Below, one piece after another: positions 62,401 through 64,000 of a stretch of 64,000 bases of DNA. The stretch lies in the IMG/VR virus record IMGVR_UViG_3300040771_000047, positions 593-64,592 of that record, one strand, 5' to 3'. Each line of letters begins with the position of its first letter. Position 1 is the first letter of the stretch. The notes under the pieces were generated by a model. That model had not been told where the DNA came from and searched no databases. It saw only the letters and a list, made by a program, of their open reading frames with translations. A program made the translations under genes and the position numbers. This DNA comes from a virus.

Positions 62401-64000
62401 TAATGTAAGCCGGGAAAGAATTTGTTTGAGTTCCAAAGGTTACAGGTACTTGATTACCACCAGTATTACGTCTGTTTGTTATAAATGACATTGGGTCATT
62501 TCTTTCCATTGTTATTTGAAAATTAACTTTAGCTCTATCTGATAAATCATCAAAATTTTGCACTCTTTCTTTCTTGAGCAAGTTTGACAATGTGTTTTCC
62601 TTCATTTGTAAAAACAAATCAAGATTGTATTTTTGTTCTTCTATAAGACTTTTATATTTAGAAGCTCCAATTTTAGCTAAAATATTAGCTTTATAAGCTG
62701 CAGCCGCACTTGTATCTCCATTTTTATAAGCATCATACTTTGTACTACCTTCAAAAACATCATGTAATGCACTGAAATCAATCCATTCTACATTATGGTC
62801 CATAGTATCAAAGAAAGAGTTTAACTCTGTTATAACAGCCACAGGGTCTGTTAAAGTTCTCATCTGTCTATTATGATTGATATGAGTATTTGATAAAAAA
62901 TTGTTCCAACTAGCACTAAATTTTTCTACAAGCTTACTAGAAATCTTACCTCTAATATCTTTTTGTTTAAATACGTTGTAATTATATATTTTAGTACCTA
63001 AAACAGTAAAGAACATACCTAATCTGCTTAGTTCTTTTTCTCCTATTTTTAAAGTGTCATTAATTTCTTCTATCAAAGGCTGAATAATAATCTTTTCTTT
63101 CTCTTGCTCTAGTTCTAACTCTAGTCTAATGAGTTGGTTAAGCATATCTTCCTTTGCCCACATTTCTTTGTCAACAGATATTAAATTTGCTTCTACAATA
63201 CTAGTATCTTTAAGTCTAGTCATCAAAGCATCTCTTAAATCTTGCGCAGTCATACCTTTAAATTCTTCAAACTTGTCAAATCTTTGAGAGTGTTTATCTA
63301 AAAGTTCTAAGAAAAGGTCATCAAACTTAGAGTTAATACTTACTTTAAGGTCTATAATATCCTTTGTTAAAGAATTTATTAATTCACTAACTTCAGGTAA
63401 GTTAAGTTGATTACTTTCAATGTGAAACATAGCTCCAGTTCTAGTTTGGTCTATGTTTTCAGTAATAAAATTAAACATTTCTTCAGCTAGAAATAAATTC
63501 TCTAAAGTAGGGTCAGCTAATAAATTCTTTATGACTACTATGTCATCTTCAAAGAAGTCCCTAATTAAGTCAAACATGTCCAATCCTCTATTGAAGTTAT
63601 CTATGTCTTTTTCTATAGTTGCTTTTAGCTTATTTAACTCATTAATTCTACTAATAGTTTTAACAGAGTGATTCTCCTTATTTATTTCATACAATCTTTG
63701 TAAAGTAGAATTAACTTTTTTCAGTAAAGCTTTTTTATGAATAAGATATTTGTCAAAGCTAGGTGTAACATAACTTGCTGCACCTGCCGGTGAATTATTA
63801 GATATTGCTGAATCATACTCTTCTTCAACATCATCTATGCTAGAGTCATAGTTTTCTAATTCTTCTAATTCATCAAAAGGAGTTTTACCTCCATCCTCTT
63901 GAAACAACCCATCAGGATAATTTTTAGTATTTTCTTGGCCCATCTCAGCTATAAAAGTTTCAACTCTTTGTGCTTCATTGGTAGTATCTTCTTGAAAAAC
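59441..64000 (-). CDS. Giant virion (cargo/ejection-type) protein, 5'-truncated by window edge
   Basis: Frame stays open upstream of the track ATG (63943) to base 64000 (VFQEDTTNEAQRVETFIAE), so more than 1519 aa; helical, with hydrophobic segments near the C-terminus; no RNAP DxDxD catalytic motif seen in this part. Confidence 0.7.
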   Translation of the reverse strand, partial: VFQEDTTNEAQRVETFIAEMGQENTKNYPDGLFQEDGGKTPFDELEELENYDSSIDDVEEEYDSAISNNSPAGAASYVTPSFDKYLIHKKALLKKVNSTLQRLYEINKENHSVKTISRINELNKLKATIEKDIDNFNRGLDMFDLIRDFFEDDIVVIKNLLADPTLENLFLAEEMFNFITENIDQTRTGAMFHIESNQLNLPEVSELINSLTKDIIDLKVSINSKFDDLFLELLDKHSQRFDKFEEFKGMTAQDLRDALMTRLKDTSIVEANLISVDKEMWAKEDMLNQLIRLELELEQEKEKIIIQPLIEEINDTLKIGEKELSRLGMFFTVLGTKIYNYNVFKQKDIRGKISSKLVEKFSASWNNFLSNTHINHNRQMRTLTDPVAVITELNSFFDTMDHNVEWIDFSALHDVFEGSTKYDAYKNGDTSAAAAYKANILAKIGASKYKSLIEEQKYNLDLFLQMKENTLSNLLKKERVQNFDDLSDRAKVNFQITMERNDPMSFITNRRNTGGNQVPVTFGTQTNSFPAYIKYNTYIPRSVYSNGSQSEFYDKDYEQIENNPILLRMLEAYTASVVATNNRVVGSKLDLDPLSLLHRRKNFREALIDKTWWEIAKYGLAQLLNVKQLIKNELSESQRFAEDSDRSVQLGGQIRSFDKMVISDYNITKTALKNILDVNLNDNSKINFLALSSGKRNGILELLGRENIDDIAPQGTFLVSDLKVISQEKIMAEQTLDLPTTLKAHLEVASEHRARVNTKASVDVIKNRIAKNDEGGKANENRNKKRDAFVKKLVQNENVNEEFANISKALKGNKEGATDYVKFKVIVRKFFYKNLTPQERQIYEIATKRVDNIERQLLTTSNGTLIEKLLTEKKKLEGTVERLGRDYTGAAFVQAVVVKGGMIAGLFYNPVAPFKNFLNGMQSLMMRDGIEGFWTEGTAGKVIHHIILGRLKGRISKKHDEEWKKTVLFIESLRAIENQTTEIQKSENNSKLMQAGNLFTDGMYLTKKVEWTNQSVSLIARAMDILVQHPTRTNADGSPYTVPLFNGTEFQAHEIVEGKLKLKQEWSSPSNIENFEKFSSPDMINWKQGNKSILASLNGDYSQEGSIRFKQKVIGKPMSQYKTWLPNYLYDRFAYNQKSLSTGETHDGFYLGPLLKPKTSTAAMGIHGSKALLAILATSTYAGGMGLIIPVAIAGAALYKMAKDKGTGPLTSVNNQHWNQAKYIAQSLTLGTATTGINFLTAIAMQKNFIPIMKTSLQESATSEQDRKDFANLQLLTKSAQFNILLVMMSMAAMSLRGDDEEDENKGAKGSVQNKRYLAQKAAEEEGSTMKALHNAVGNLLSNLYSELNFADDPTSMYKAIIQNNGVSSFADRLVKLSVDIASADDTIKSGDNAGESKLGNAARKQLPMIIRNYGQDDYNGGLESITRKEYDTDSKIDRWFNSDFKNDKEEAVRVRKEFLEDTRESLRKEFPEATAEEVNSEAIRILNDVANYPETLEELKLIIPERDDYDKEQKEIKN

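Noticed and set aside
109-63671. Many antisense or alternate-frame ORFs in the track (e.g. 935..1168, 1726..2013, 10926..11291, 14192..14563, 14298..14600, 32802..33029, 45734..46036, 55623..55937)
   Set aside because: They lie wholly within strong genes on another strand or frame, have shadow-ORF composition and no motifs.
59441-63943. Virion RNA polymerase in the giant ORF
   Set aside because: No DxDxD-type catalytic loop recognised in the visible portion.
1-64000. Stop-codon reassignment (TAG or TGA), known in some crAss-like phages
   Set aside because: Standard-code ORFs are long, full-length and tile both modules; no suppressor tRNA seen.

Overview
AT-rich (roughly one-third GC by eye) 64 kb slice of a crAss-like (Crassvirales-related) tailed phage, most likely infecting a Bacteroidota/Flavobacteriia host. 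It reads in standard code 11. 1-23.2 kb (minus strand) is the late/virion module: two enzyme-bearing receptor-binding proteins (GDPD-tipped fibre, beta-helix tailspike), head/neck proteins, major capsid, scaffold, portal, TerL, GH108 endolysin, with host-type TAnnTTTG promoters. At about 23.3 kb the strand switches. 23.3-32.4 kb (plus) is an early/accessory region with seven copies of a 17-bp motif (candidate phage-RNAP promoter), a tandem gene duplication, many small membrane ORFs and a dense non-coding RNA load: a ~470-nt pseudoknotted RNA, a tmRNA with a very long tag, a tRNA with an 8-nt anticodon loop and further folded elements. 32.4-59.4 kb (plus) is the replication/nucleotide module (Dda-like, SF2, DnaB-like and UvrD-like helicases, PolA, primase, UDG, nucleases, HU, dNMP kinase, ThyX, GroES-like, MazG-like). 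It contains a complete-looking ubiquitin-like conjugation cassette (Ubl precursor - E2-like - JAB - E1/ThiF), the most striking system in the window. 59.4-64 kb (minus) is the C-terminal >1500 aa of a giant virion protein that runs off the window edge. All product calls come from motif recognition by eye; no database searches were run.
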